DNA of 64,000 nt from Candidatus Bathyarchaeia archaeon (GTDB taxonomy: Archaea > Thermoproteota > Bathyarchaeia > 40CM-2-53-6), in the NCBI GenBank assembly GCA_049513715.1, contig JBEKVV010000001.1, forward strand, positions 1 to 64,000, read 5' to 3'. The position numbers were made by a program, and so were the translations under genes. Under the pieces are notes generated by a model. That model saw only the letters and a program-made list of their open reading frames with translations. It made no database searches and was not told where the DNA came from. Below are positions 48,427-57,923 of the stretch, in pieces. Every line of letters begins with the position of its first letter. Positions within the stretch are counted from its first letter, which is position 1.

Positions 48427-49638
48427 CTACTTGTATGGGATTGCTACGTCTCCCATGAGTTCTCTGGCGATTATTATTTTCATTATGTTGGCTCCTCCTT
48501 CCGCTCCGACGACGTAGGACATGAGCCCCCGCATGCACATCTCTAATGGGCTTTCTTTGCTGTAGCCAAGAGCTCCGTGGTACATCATCGCATGTTTCAC
48601 AATGTCAAGGCTCATCAAAGGCGCTCTCAACTTGCATATGGCGATTGCTTGGTTGATCTCCTTGTTGCTGAAGCTTCCATCCTTGTAGTGTTGGTCAAGC
48701 ATCCAAGCTCCTCTCACAAGGAAGCTCTTGAGCATCTCGAGTTCCGCAAGATCTTCGGCTATCTCGAATGAGATCCCTTCGAACTTTGCAAGGGGTTTGC
48801 CAAAGAGAACGCGACGTTTCACATAGTCCACTCCTAGTTCAAGACATTTCTCCGCTCCGCCTAGACATGCACTTGCGACCAGAGTTCGGGCGACATTGAA
48901 GCCTTCCATGTTAACGTAGAATCCTCTGTTCTCCTGACCGAGTACGTACCTTGCCGGTATCTTCACATTCTTGTAGGAGAAGCCACCCGTGGACAGCCCC
49001 ATACGCCCCATATCTTGAAAGGTCGTATAGGAGACGCCTTCGAGTCTTGCGGGCACGTAGGCGAACGTCATGCCCTTCGTACCAAGTTGAGGATTTGTTC
49101 GAAACAGAGTTAGATGCCCGCCGCCCCTCTTCGTTGCCTCAATGACGCCGCTAATGTAGGTCTTTTCGCCGTTGATTACATACTCGCCGTTGACCTTCTT
49201 CGCCGTGGTTTTGATATTGGATAGGTCGGAGCCACCTCCCGACTCAGTCGTACAGATTCCGATGAACCATTTCCCTGAAGCTATGTTTGGGAGAAGTTCT
49301 TTCTTGAGTTCCTCAGAGCCGTGCCTGACAACTAAGTAGCTCCACCCGAGATTAAGGAGCGTGTAGACCGGCACCGACATCGATAGCTCCCCTCGAGCGA
49401 TCTCATGGACTGCAATCGTGGCATAGATCATCTCTTCTCCTGGACTAGCGGACCCTCCGTATTGCTCAGGAATTGTTACGCCGAAAATTCCCAGCTCCAC
49501 CATTTCCTTGATAATGTCCTCCGGTATTCCCTCGGCTTTCTGGTCAATCTCCCTGCATCTTGGGAACAATTTCTCGTCACAAAATTCTCTAACGGTTTTC
49601 CTGAACAATTCCTGTTGCGGTGTAAGTCTGAAATCCAA
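48427..49638 (-). CDS. Acyl-CoA dehydrogenase
   Basis: TESGGGSD, NGEKTYIS, R.LFGKPLAKFE, HGALGY, EGG.NIM. Confidence 0.95.
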   Translation of the reverse strand: MDFRLTPQQELFRKTVREFCDEKLFPRCREIDQKAEGIPEDIIKEMVELGIFGVTIPEQYGGSASPGEEMIYATIAVHEIARGELSMSVPVYTLLNLGWSYLVVRHGSEELKKELLPNIASGKWFIGICTTESGGGSDLSNIKTTAKKVNGEYVINGEKTYISGVIEATKRGGGHLTLFRTNPQLGTKGMTFAYVPARLEGVSYTTFQDMGRMGLSTGGFSYKNVKIPARYVLGQENRGFYVNMEGFNVARTLVASACLGGAEKCLELGVDYVKRRVLFGKPLAKFEGISFEIAEDLAELEMLKSFLVRGAWMLDQHYKDGSFSNKEINQAIAICKLRAPLMSLDIVKHAMMYHGALGYSKESPLEMCMRGLMSYVVGAEGGANIMKIIIARELMGDVAIPYK

Positions 49639-50028
49639 AATAGTTCATCCGGCAGATACGAAGCGACTGCAAGGATATGGATTCTTGGTTCATACAGTAC
49701 TGAGATTATGAACTAAACTCAGACTTGCTAACTTTTGGCGCAATAATAGTGCGCGACCGCGTTAGTCAAACCAAGACAAGTCGCTTCGGAGGTTTACAAT
49801 TGAACTGAGTTTGCAAGTGCCCTGAATTGCCTTGAGTCCGCTGCAGTGTCAATGATTGGGGGGGTACATCCTGGCCTGATTCGCCCGTGTCAGGAGTGTG
49901 TGACGAACGAATAATGGGCCTTCGGTGCCCGAGCCCGAGATTTGTCCGGTAGAGCCTTTATTTGGCTTAAGTGGACTTGTCAGACCAAAAAAGCCTTGAC
50001 TTGAGATATGTGATGGAGGCGTCGTGAC

Positions 50029-50679
50029 TTGCATGTCAAAATTGACACAAGATACTTAGAAGGAATGCAGGAGGTGAAGTTTAGGAGCAGATGGCGCAAA
50101 CTCAGCCATTGGTACGAAACGGTGTTGAAAGCCTTCAAATCCAAATTGCCATATGACCCAACAATTTTCGTCACACCATTCTACGTTCACATCGCTTCAC
50201 GAGTAGCGGGCGGTACCATGTTCCTACGGCTCGTTGGTTTGACTTCGATAGATCCCGACGAGCCGCATAAGAAGTGGGCCATTTATATTCCCTATAGCCT
50301 CATCAAGCATGCGTCAAAAGATATCAACATAGCTAACTTGGCACATGAAATCGCACATTTCAATCTCAGAGCGAGGGGCATTAAGCCAGTAACCGCTAAT
50401 GAGATTCTCCGGGCTGTCGAAGAGGCCAAATCCCCGGTTGAGACGTACGAAATGAAGGAGGGCGAGGTCAAAGACCTCGATGACATGTTCGAAGAACCTG
50501 TTCGTTCGATGATTGCTAAAATGAAGAAAGAGCAGGCGAAGCATCCAAGCGTAGTGAGAGATTATCTTGTGGAGGCCCGAGGAATATCACAAGGAGAATT
50601 CTACTATAGGATACTTGGGCCTGCTAGGGCGAAAGAATTCTTAGAAAAAAAGGTCCAAGATATGATGGATCGTCCATGA
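50029..50679 (+). CDS. Hypothetical protein with HExxH zincin-like motif
   Basis: NLAHEIAHF. Confidence 0.55.
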   Translation: MHVKIDTRYLEGMQEVKFRSRWRKLSHWYETVLKAFKSKLPYDPTIFVTPFYVHIASRVAGGTMFLRLVGLTSIDPDEPHKKWAIYIPYSLIKHASKDINIANLAHEIAHFNLRARGIKPVTANEILRAVEEAKSPVETYEMKEGEVKDLDDMFEEPVRSMIAKMKKEQAKHPSVVRDYLVEARGISQGEFYYRILGPARAKEFLEKKVQDMMDRP

Positions 50680-50846
50680 TTGAAGGCAAAGCCTTAAGCT
50701 TGATGTTGTCAGTTGAAGTGATGCAGGCGCTCGGAAAGTGCAAAAACCTCTTCAGAGTATTAGACATTTCATTGAGTCGGGTCTGGCAGATGTAGGTGCA
50801 GCCATTCGCTGAAACCGTTTCACTATCTCCTCCACAAGGGCCGTTC

Positions 50847-51092
50847 CTATGCCCCGCGTTTGATACTCAGATGAACCGAAAGCTGATGGATTACAGGTCT
50901 TGAACCGTCATAGTTCCCCCTAACGACAGCGACCAGTCTTCCGTCCATCTCGCAGACAAGAAAAACGGCGGCGTCGCATGCCTTGACTCTTCTCATAGCC
51001 TCGGGTCCATCGCTCCGAAGCACTCGGCAGTCACAAGAATGACAAGGTCCTCTAGGCTCTTCAAAGCCGGCATAATTCACACTCAAACACAC
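50847..51092 (-). pseudogene. Degraded GNAT acetyltransferase
   Basis: FLVCEMDGRLV..YDGSR..IHQLSVH...RG, truncated. Confidence 0.5.
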
Positions 51093-51242
51093 CTGTTAGC
51101 ATCGGACAAGTGCTTGAGAACGATGCCAGAGGGAAAGTGGCTTGCCTTCAAGCAAGATTCTTAGTGTTCTTAGTGAGGCGAGCTCCAACGCTGGCTTCTC
51201 GCTAGGTAGAATAGCAACTATATGACATATGTACTTTGATCT

Positions 51243-51479
51243 TCAGTCAATAACAACCGCTGTGAGGGTGGAACGTACGCCGTCAAGGCGTCTTATCTTC
51301 CATGTGACGATCTCTTTCAGCGCATCCATCGAGTCCGCTTCGATCCTTGCAATCATGTCGTAGACTCCGTAAACTCGGTGGCACTCTTTCACATTCGGAA
51401 CCTTACGAACCTCGTTCAGTACCTTCTCTTCCGACCCCGGCTCCACGTTCAAAAGAACATAAGATAAGGCCACTGCCAA
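51243..51479 (-). CDS. Stand-alone Lrp/AsnC ligand-binding (RAM) domain protein
   Basis: YVLLNVEPG.E, VYGVYD, IRRLDGVRSTLT. Confidence 0.9.
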   Translation of the reverse strand: MAVALSYVLLNVEPGSEEKVLNEVRKVPNVKECHRVYGVYDMIARIEADSMDALKEIVTWKIRRLDGVRSTLTAVVID

Positions 51480-51618
51480 CAGAACCTCATCAAATCTCCC
51501 ATAGCAAGTGTAAAAGCCTTTGCCCCAAGAACGCCAATGCATGCATCTTCGAAATCTCCGAGGATGAAAGGAATAAAGTGATGGACATTAACGATAACGT
51601 AGGGGGAGAACTGCTGGG

Positions 51619-52833
51619 ATGAAGGTCTTGATACTCGGAGCAGGAGCAATAGGATCTGTGGTGGCGGGGATTCTGAGCAAACGCGATGAGTTTGAAGGAG
51701 TGATTTTGGCCGACCTGAAGAGGGAAACTGCGCAGGCCTCGGTCAATAGGATGAGTGATCCGAAGAACGTGACCCCTGTTTCTGTAAATGCTGATGACGT
51801 GGATGGCATGAAGAAGGACATGAAGAACATTGACTTGGTTATCAACGCAACTTTACCTAGATATTTTCTCAAAATCATGCGCGCCTGTCTCGAGAGCGGT
51901 TCAAACTACTTGGATTTGGCGACTGATCTCGGTTTGGCTGGGAAGGAAAGGGCGGGTCAGAAGGTTGACCGGGTCCCTATCGACCTTCAGTTAGACCAGA
52001 ACGATACATGGAAGGAAGCTGGTCTTGCGGCCATGCTCTGTTGGGGGGCTGACCCAGGTGCTGTGAACGTTTTCGCCCGGTACGCCGCGGACAAGCTTGA
52101 TCATGTCGACCAAGTTTTGGTTAGGGATGGTGATAATTCGGTGATTGAGGGTTTTGATGGATTTGCTTCTTTCTGGTCGCCGGACACTTTCATTGAAGAA
52201 GTAGCCTACATGCAACCACTCACCTGGACCAATGGCCACTTTGAACGGATTCCATCACTTACGAAAAGTGAGCTGTGGGAGTTCCCAGCACCGGTAGGGA
52301 AGTTGAAGGTCTGGGCTGTAGACCATGAAGAACCCGAAACCCTAGGCCGCTATATCAAAGGCTGCAAGGAATGCAACTTCATGCTCTCCCTAGGAGACGA
52401 GACAGTAGAGGTCATGAGAGCACTCACAAAACTAGGCCTCGTGAACCCCGACCCCATAGACGTGAAAGGTGTGAAAGTGATTCCGCGGGACGTTGTGACC
52501 GCGTGCATGCCATCAACGGTGGACGAAAGGTTCCAGGGCAAAGTGAAAGGAAGCACCTGTGTGGGAGTCATGGTCGTCGGCCAGAAAGGTGGCAGGACAG
52601 CCAGTCACTACGTGTACAATATCATGAGCCACGAAGAAGCAAACAGACTGTACAAAGCAACCGCCACAGCGGTCCAAACGGCCCTTCCACCAGCGGTTGC
52701 GGCAACACTATTCGCGCGAGGCACAATCAAAGAGAGGGGGGTCTTCCCGCCTGAGGTCTTGAATCCGGAACCGATTATGAAGGGCTTCACAGAATTCGGA
52801 TTCACCTGGACCGAGAAGACTACGCAGATCTGA
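51619..52833 (+). CDS. Saccharopine dehydrogenase/carboxynorspermidine dehydrogenase-like oxidoreductase
   Basis: GAGAIG, NYLDLA, GADPG..NVFA, HEE, PRDV. Confidence 0.88.
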   Translation: MKVLILGAGAIGSVVAGILSKRDEFEGVILADLKRETAQASVNRMSDPKNVTPVSVNADDVDGMKKDMKNIDLVINATLPRYFLKIMRACLESGSNYLDLATDLGLAGKERAGQKVDRVPIDLQLDQNDTWKEAGLAAMLCWGADPGAVNVFARYAADKLDHVDQVLVRDGDNSVIEGFDGFASFWSPDTFIEEVAYMQPLTWTNGHFERIPSLTKSELWEFPAPVGKLKVWAVDHEEPETLGRYIKGCKECNFMLSLGDETVEVMRALTKLGLVNPDPIDVKGVKVIPRDVVTACMPSTVDERFQGKVKGSTCVGVMVVGQKGGRTASHYVYNIMSHEEANRLYKATATAVQTALPPAVAATLFARGTIKERGVFPPEVLNPEPIMKGFTEFGFTWTEKTTQI

Positions 52834-52874
52834 TTTGGGACTTGAGGCGGATTATGGGTAATGGGAACATTAGG

Positions 52875-53630
52875 TTAGTCGTTTAATTGGCTGAATTTGG
52901 CTTCTGGGTCTCGTCGCATCGCTTCGTAAAGACCCTGGGCCTGCCCTATGATTATCTCGGCTCTGTCAGACTTCATCCCGTCCATGATTGCTGCGGCGAC
53001 TTCCTGGGGGCTGACTCCTCGGTATGACTCCTCCTCTTCCCCAGCAAAACCTCGGTCAAGTTCAGTGTCGGTTGTCGGTGGTGCTGCTTCGAACACTCTG
53101 ATTGGTGTGCTCTTGAGTTGGTGGCGGAGTGAGGTTGTGAATGAATGTATTGCCGCCTTAGTTGCGCAGTAGATTGGAATCGACGCGATTGGTACAAACG
53201 CTAGGCCCGAGGAGACGTTTACGATGGCCGCTGTTTGTTTCTTCAGGAGTTTCGGTGTGAAGAGGGCGCAGAGGCGTATGGTTGAGGCGAGGTTTATGGT
53301 CACCTCGTCGTCTTTGGGTGGGATGGGTTTGGGTGTTCTTGGCGAGGCAAAATTGACCTGCCTTTGAATGCCAGCATTGTTGACCAACATGTTCAGGTTT
53401 GGAAAGTTCGTTGAGGTCCAACGAAGCAGGCTCTGCCTCTGTGATTCCACGGAAATGTCACACTGCTTGACATGAATCGCGGGCAATTTGCGTTTGGCGT
53501 CCTGCAGTTTGGTCTTGCGCCGGCCACACACTAGCACTTCGCTTCCATTCTCCACAAACTTCTCGGCCAACGCAAAGCCGATCCCCGTCGCGCCCCCAGT
53601 AATCAGAACAGTGTTGCCGTCAAGCTTCAA
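52875..53630 (-). CDS. SDR oxidoreductase (DltE-like)
   Basis: TGGATGIG, NNAG, SSGLAF, YCATK. Confidence 0.93.
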   Translation of the reverse strand: MKLDGNTVLITGGATGIGFALAEKFVENGSEVLVCGRRKTKLQDAKRKLPAIHVKQCDISVESQRQSLLRWTSTNFPNLNMLVNNAGIQRQVNFASPRTPKPIPPKDDEVTINLASTIRLCALFTPKLLKKQTAAIVNVSSGLAFVPIASIPIYCATKAAIHSFTTSLRHQLKSTPIRVFEAAPPTTDTELDRGFAGEEEESYRGVSPQEVAAAIMDGMKSDRAEIIIGQAQGLYEAMRRDPEAKFSQLND

Positions 53631-53660
53631 GATGCTCAGCTCGCTATTAGCGAGCAGTTC

Positions 53661-54110
53661 TCAGTACTTTAGGGTTAGGTACAGCAGGATCGCTAGTGCG
53701 ACTGATGTGAATACGTCGGGCAGCATAGCAAATGGGCCCAAGCCCGAGGGGCGGAATCCGAACGCCCATTGGAGGATGGGGTTCGATGTGAGGGCGTCGA
53801 GGAGGAGAACACTGCAGAATATGGTCAACCAGAGAGTAAACTCCACCTTCCGCTTCACATAGATCTCCACGTAGAGAGCCAACAAGAAGACCAGTAATGT
53901 TGCATTCAGCGTCGAGAAAACGGTCTTGAGGATGTAGTAAAGCCCTATGTCTCCAGGAATCCCTTCCGGAGGTGGCCTTGGGGGCTCCATCGGAGACGGT
54001 GGTGGGAAAGGTAGATGTGTTGATGCCCAGGACCATGCGAGCAGCGCTACCGCGATCGATGCGACGACAGCTAAGCCGATTCTCATTTTCATGTTCGAGT
54101 CATCATTCAT
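53661..54110 (-). CDS. Membrane protein with Pro-rich loop, translationally coupled to the ArsR-type wHTH
   Basis: Four hydrophobic segments; overlaps the wHTH stop. Confidence 0.8.
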   Translation of the reverse strand: MNDDSNMKMRIGLAVVASIAVALLAWSWASTHLPFPPPSPMEPPRPPPEGIPGDIGLYYILKTVFSTLNATLLVFLLALYVEIYVKRKVEFTLWLTIFCSVLLLDALTSNPILQWAFGFRPSGLGPFAMLPDVFTSVALAILLYLTLKY

Positions 54111-54462
54111 TCTTGTTGGCCTCGCGTTCTAGAACCTTCTTCGCGATCTCATCAAACATTGAGTAGTTTTCCTCCATCTCTGGAGATAGGAAATAGGTTG
54201 CAGCATACCTGTCGCCGGCAGATATGATGAGCTTGTTCTTCTCAAGCACGCTGAGATGATGCCGGATGGTCCTATAGTCTTTCCCAACAATGTTGGCCAG
54301 CTGGTTTGCGTTTTGCGGGCTTTCTTTCAAGGCGGCTATTATTTTGGCGCGGGTCGCGCCGCCCCTCATTCCCGCGATAAGCCACCCCAGAATATACTTC
54401 AGCGACTGTGGTCGAGCGTACAATTGTACCGTCCCAATTTGACTTAACATTCCCGAGCCCAA
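54103..54462 (-). CDS. ArsR-type winged-helix regulator
   Basis: WLIAG.RGG.TRAKII..LKESPQNANQLA...DYRTIRHHLSVL; start uncertain. Confidence 0.88.
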   Translation of the reverse strand: MGSGMLSQIGTVQLYARPQSLKYILGWLIAGMRGGATRAKIIAALKESPQNANQLANIVGKDYRTIRHHLSVLEKNKLIISAGDRYAATYFLSPEMEENYSMFDEIAKKVLEREANKNE

Positions 54463-54558
54463 TTACTTCAGCGTACCGACCAATCATACCCAAGCTCTGA
54501 TTCGAGAGTTCGTAATTGGACAAGGCTTCCATTCCGTTCCCAGAGGCTCGTACCGACG

Positions 54559-54581
54559 CTATTAGGGATTTTTCAGAATTG
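54559..54581 (-). promoter_or_regulatory. Conserved operator/promoter, copy 1 (CAATTCTGAAAAATCCCTAATAG)
   Basis: Near-identical to copies at 55293-55316 and 55426-55448. Confidence 0.65.
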
Positions 54582-54623
54582 ATAACAAATCCAAACCCGT
54601 GCCAACATGCCGGAACCAAGGCT

Positions 54624-54930
54624 CTAGGGTTTGAAGCCAAAGGCTTGAAGAAAAGCTTCCACTTCTCCGAAACTGTTCATGAATTCGACCCCTTTCTGTG
54701 TGAGGTTGTAGGTTCCCCGATCGGATTCTGATTCCTGAATGACCTCTAAAGCCTTCAACTCCTCAAGATACTTGATCAGCCTATCACGCGATAGGTTGCT
54801 GTCATTGAGCATCCTTGTTGGCTTTGCTCGTCTGCCTTCGTGTTGGATGAGTTCTATAATGTCCACGTAGATGCGAAATCTGGACCTGTACTTCGCCTTT
54901 GGTTTTGCGGAAGGAGATTGCTCATTGGGT
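54624..54930 (-). CDS. Winged-helix (HTH_45-like) protein; start unclear, ORF open to 55238
   Basis: YRSRFRIYVDII...KPTRML..SNLS..RL.KYL..L...YNLTQKG.EF. Confidence 0.7.
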
Positions 54931-55033
54931 ATTGTTCCATGTGCTGCTTTCTGAGTGGTCCTGATTCGTTCGCGTACTGTGGGCTTGAGAGGAAAAAGAA
55001 ATTGTGGGTGAGGTAGTTTTTCTGTTCCAGAAG

Positions 55034-55219
55034 TTAGGGTGTTGTTGTGCTCATTCCTAGGCTTCTTGCGATAGCGCCGTCGCCGGAACGAATGGTCAAT
55101 GTCAGCAACTGGAGCGCCATCAACTGGATCCATAGAAATGGCAGGGCCAAGAACATCCAGAAGAGGCTGCACAACCAAGCGACCAGTCGTCTGAATGCCT
55201 TCCATCCTTGGAAATTCAA
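55034..55219 (-). CDS. Small membrane peptide (61 aa)
   Basis: GGAGGTGA RBS 6 nt before TTG; hydrophobic core; T-rich terminator-like tract after the stop. Confidence 0.45.
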   Translation of the reverse strand: MNFQGWKAFRRLVAWLCSLFWMFLALPFLWIQLMALQLLTLTIRSGDGAIARSLGMSTTTP

Positions 55220-55292
55220 GCTTTCTCACCTCCTTCAACCAACATGCGCCTTATGGTTGCCTGTTACTCAGCAACGCATCATCAGTTGTGAT

Positions 55293-55316
55293 CTATTAGC
55301 GACTTTTTCAGAATTG
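55293..55316 (-). promoter_or_regulatory. Conserved operator/promoter, copy 2 (CAATTCTGAAAAAGTCGCTAATAG)
   Basis: Direct repeat of copy 1. Confidence 0.65.
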
Positions 55317-55425
55317 GGCCAGAATTCGTTACAAATTCCTCCGGCTGCGCCTCGTTCCGTCTCGGACAAAACGCAGGATGCCTCCGACGAAGGTCGCATA
55401 TGGGAATTAGGGAAACATTTGACCT

Positions 55426-55448
55426 CAATTCTGAAAAACCCGCTAATA
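55426..55448 (+). promoter_or_regulatory. Conserved operator/promoter, copy 3 (CAATTCTGAAAAACCCGCTAATA)
   Basis: Inverted relative to copies 1 and 2, about 50 nt upstream of ATG 55497. Confidence 0.65.
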
Positions 55449-55496
55449 ACTCGCCGCGATACTGGCGGTGCTACGCAAAAGCGCAGAGGTGATTCG

Positions 55497-56162
55497 ATGT
55501 ATAGAAAAAGCGGAGGAATGATCCTGCTAGCACTGGTCGCAATTGCGACGGTCGCCGGCATCATGACGCAGACATATGCTGCTTCAAACAACAACATTGT
55601 ACCGAGTAGTTCAACAACGCTGTCCACCCTGAGCGTCTCAAGCACAGAAAACAACTCAACATGCCGATTCCCACCACCGCGGATGGGTAACGAGACAGGC
55701 GCTCCACATATGCCCCCTTGGATGGCCAACCTTACTACCGAGCAAAAACGGACACTGAATGAGACTGTCACGAACATGAAAACATCAGGAGCAACTCAAG
55801 AACAAATCATGAATGCCGTAGACGCGCTGCTCAAACAATGGGGCATACAAGTCCCAACCCACAACGGCCCCCCTCCAACACAACCCCCCAACAATTCCAC
55901 CACGAACACTTCGCGCCCACCGCCCCCAACAATAACCAACTCCACGGACACAACGCACCCACCACCGCCATGGATGACCAATCAGACTGACACTCAACAC
56001 CCGTCACCACCCTGGATGGCCAACCTCACCGCTCAGCAGAAACAAACAATTGATGATACTGTAACAACAATGAAAGCAACAGGAGCGACTCCAGAGCAGA
56101 TCATGAACGCAGTCAACGAACTGCTCAAACAATGGGGGATTGAAATCCCACAATGCCCCTAA
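55497..56162 (+). CDS. Secreted Pro-rich protein with two PPWMANLTxxQ helical repeats
   Basis: GAGGTGA RBS, signal peptide, duplicated ~48-aa unit PPWMANLT.(E/Q)QK.T....V..MK..GAT.EQIMNAV..LLKQWGI. Confidence 0.8.
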   Translation: MYRKSGGMILLALVAIATVAGIMTQTYAASNNNIVPSSSTTLSTLSVSSTENNSTCRFPPPRMGNETGAPHMPPWMANLTTEQKRTLNETVTNMKTSGATQEQIMNAVDALLKQWGIQVPTHNGPPPTQPPNNSTTNTSRPPPPTITNSTDTTHPPPPWMTNQTDTQHPSPPWMANLTAQQKQTIDDTVTTMKATGATPEQIMNAVNELLKQWGIEIPQCP

Positions 56163-56249
56163 CCACATAACTGATCGCGCACGCCAAATACTCTCCCCTT
56201 TTTTTCGGTCTCTTGCCCCAGAATATGTGAAGATCCGCGGCGGCGTAGG

Positions 56250-56777
56250 TCATGGAGTTTTCTCAATTCCCAGAACGACAGAAAGTTGAATCTGCCTCTC
56301 AGGGATTCTCCAATATTCCCTCAACAATCGATCTTTTTCTGGCTGGAGTTTGAATCCGTGTTTTTCGTAGAAGCGAATCGCCCATGTAGCAGCCTGCCAC
56401 GTTCCCACCAGAACCCGTCGAGTGTTCGCTACCTGGATAGTCTGGTTGAGGAGTTGCGATCCTACGCCTCTTCTCTGCTGTTCTGAAAGCACGTACACAT
56501 GCCTGACTAAGGTTACATCCTTGACTTGTTGGTAACCAGCAACCCCCAGCAGCTTTCCCTCTTCCTCGTAACCGAAGAAAGTCATCTTTCCCATCTCGTT
56601 TCGAAGGTCTGGCATAGGCATGTACGGCTCGCTGTAACGATCCTTCGGAATGAGGTCCTTGTATGCCTTGGCAGCCTCGTTGATCACAATGAAAATCGCT
56701 TCGCGATTATCTTCGCCGCATTTTCTAATCAAACAGCTCTCCCTCTCAGGTTGAATGTCGCGGGGTCGAGGGACCAT
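56250..56777 (-). CDS. GNAT family N-acetyltransferase
   Basis: RHVYVL..QQRRGVGS, WAIRFYEKHGF. Confidence 0.9.
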   Translation of the reverse strand: MVPRPRDIQPERESCLIRKCGEDNREAIFIVINEAAKAYKDLIPKDRYSEPYMPMPDLRNEMGKMTFFGYEEEGKLLGVAGYQQVKDVTLVRHVYVLSEQQRRGVGSQLLNQTIQVANTRRVLVGTWQAATWAIRFYEKHGFKLQPEKDRLLREYWRIPERQIQLSVVLGIEKTP

Positions 56778-56821
56778 GATGGTGTCGATTTAGGCGGTCA
56801 AGTCGGGGAACCCGCTTGCTC

Positions 56822-57037
56822 CTACCCCGGGTGCCAACCGGTTACCCCTTTCTCTGTGACTTGTGTGGCTCCACATTGTCTACAGCGTATGCCTCCTGCC
56901 TTCCCGTCTGACGTCGCGAATTGACCGCAGTAAGGGCATTTCACATGCCCCTTCTTCATGTGCTCGACGCATTCATCTCGTAATTCGTAGACGCGGCTAC
57001 AGTATACGCAGCGCCAAACTTGGAGGGGGTCAGGCAT
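56822..57037 (-). CDS. Small C2H2 plus Zn-ribbon protein
   Basis: CVYC..H...H, CPYC, CRQC. Confidence 0.65.
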   Translation of the reverse strand: MPDPLQVWRCVYCSRVYELRDECVEHMKKGHVKCPYCGQFATSDGKAGGIRCRQCGATQVTEKGVTGWHPG

Positions 57038-57205
57038 TTTCTTTCACGTTACCATAAATGAATTCGAGAGTCAAAAAGTCATCACTCCACTTCCGTCAGT
57101 TCCACCTGAAAGGACAAGACAACGGTTGAATCGAGAATCAACAGCACAGAAACGGTGTTGAAACGCACGTTTATTAACAAAAAAATTATGGAGAAATGAA
57201 GAAAA

Positions 57206-57625
57206 ATGGCTATTGAAGCCTAGGTCCGATACCCAACAACAACCGCTTGGCTTGAAGCTAACCCAACCGTCAAATTCTGGTTGAGTGAAGTTGAAAACCT
57301 GAAGACCAAATACGGCTACGGTGAATGATTCCAACGCTTCTCCGAGTGGCATAAAGAATCAGCAGTAACCCTCCTCGCAATCCGCTTCTCACGCGACCAA
57401 GAAACCCTACGAAAATTCCGCGCAGAACATAACCTCCAACAATCCTCCACACCAGAAATGGCAGCAGTAGACGTTGACGGACAATACGTGATCCTTGATC
57501 TTTTACAGAAATTCCTACGAGCAGGCACAGCAGTTGACAAACGCAAGACGGATTCTCACTGTACCGCTGTGACAGCTGCAACTGCTGGTTTGAACAGCAA
57601 ACTGACGGCCAAATCGTTCCTCTGA
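57206..57625 (+). pseudogene. Possible tyrosine-integrase N-terminal remnant with in-frame stops
   Basis: MAIEA*VRYPTTTAWLEANPTVKFWLSEVENLKTKYGYGE*FQRFSEWHKESAVTLL...ILDLLQKFLR; no catalytic domain. Confidence 0.4.
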
Positions 57626-57666
57626 AACTTGACGCCTTCGTGAGGCTTGTCGGAGCGAAATGACAA

Positions 57667-57858
57667 TTGCAGTTCGAAGACAAATTTGCCCGGTGTCCAA
57701 ACTGCCAGAAACCATTAATTTGGATAAGTCACAGCACACGCTGGGAGAAAACCCGCATTCACGAGTTCAACTTCAGCTGCGGATCATGCAACCGCAAGTA
57801 CCAATTCAAAGACAACCAGCTAACCCAGATACAACCTCAAAGAGGCAGCTTGCCATAA
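57667..57858 (+). CDS. Small Zn-ribbon protein
   Basis: CPNC ... CGSC. Confidence 0.6.
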   Translation: MQFEDKFARCPNCQKPLIWISHSTRWEKTRIHEFNFSCGSCNRKYQFKDNQLTQIQPQRGSLP

Positions 57859-57923
57859 ATCGTGGATTAAACTTCCTATTCACAGAAACCATAGTCACTC
57901 CAACTTCAATTTCCATGGATGCA

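Noticed and set aside
51221..51236. TATGACATATGTACTT as an additional operator copy
   Set aside because: Only one good half-site, and it lies upstream of a pseudogene
57206..57330. In-frame TAG/TGA as Pyl/Sec recoding
   Set aside because: Two different stop codons in a truncated frame and no pyl/sel genes visible; decay is simpler
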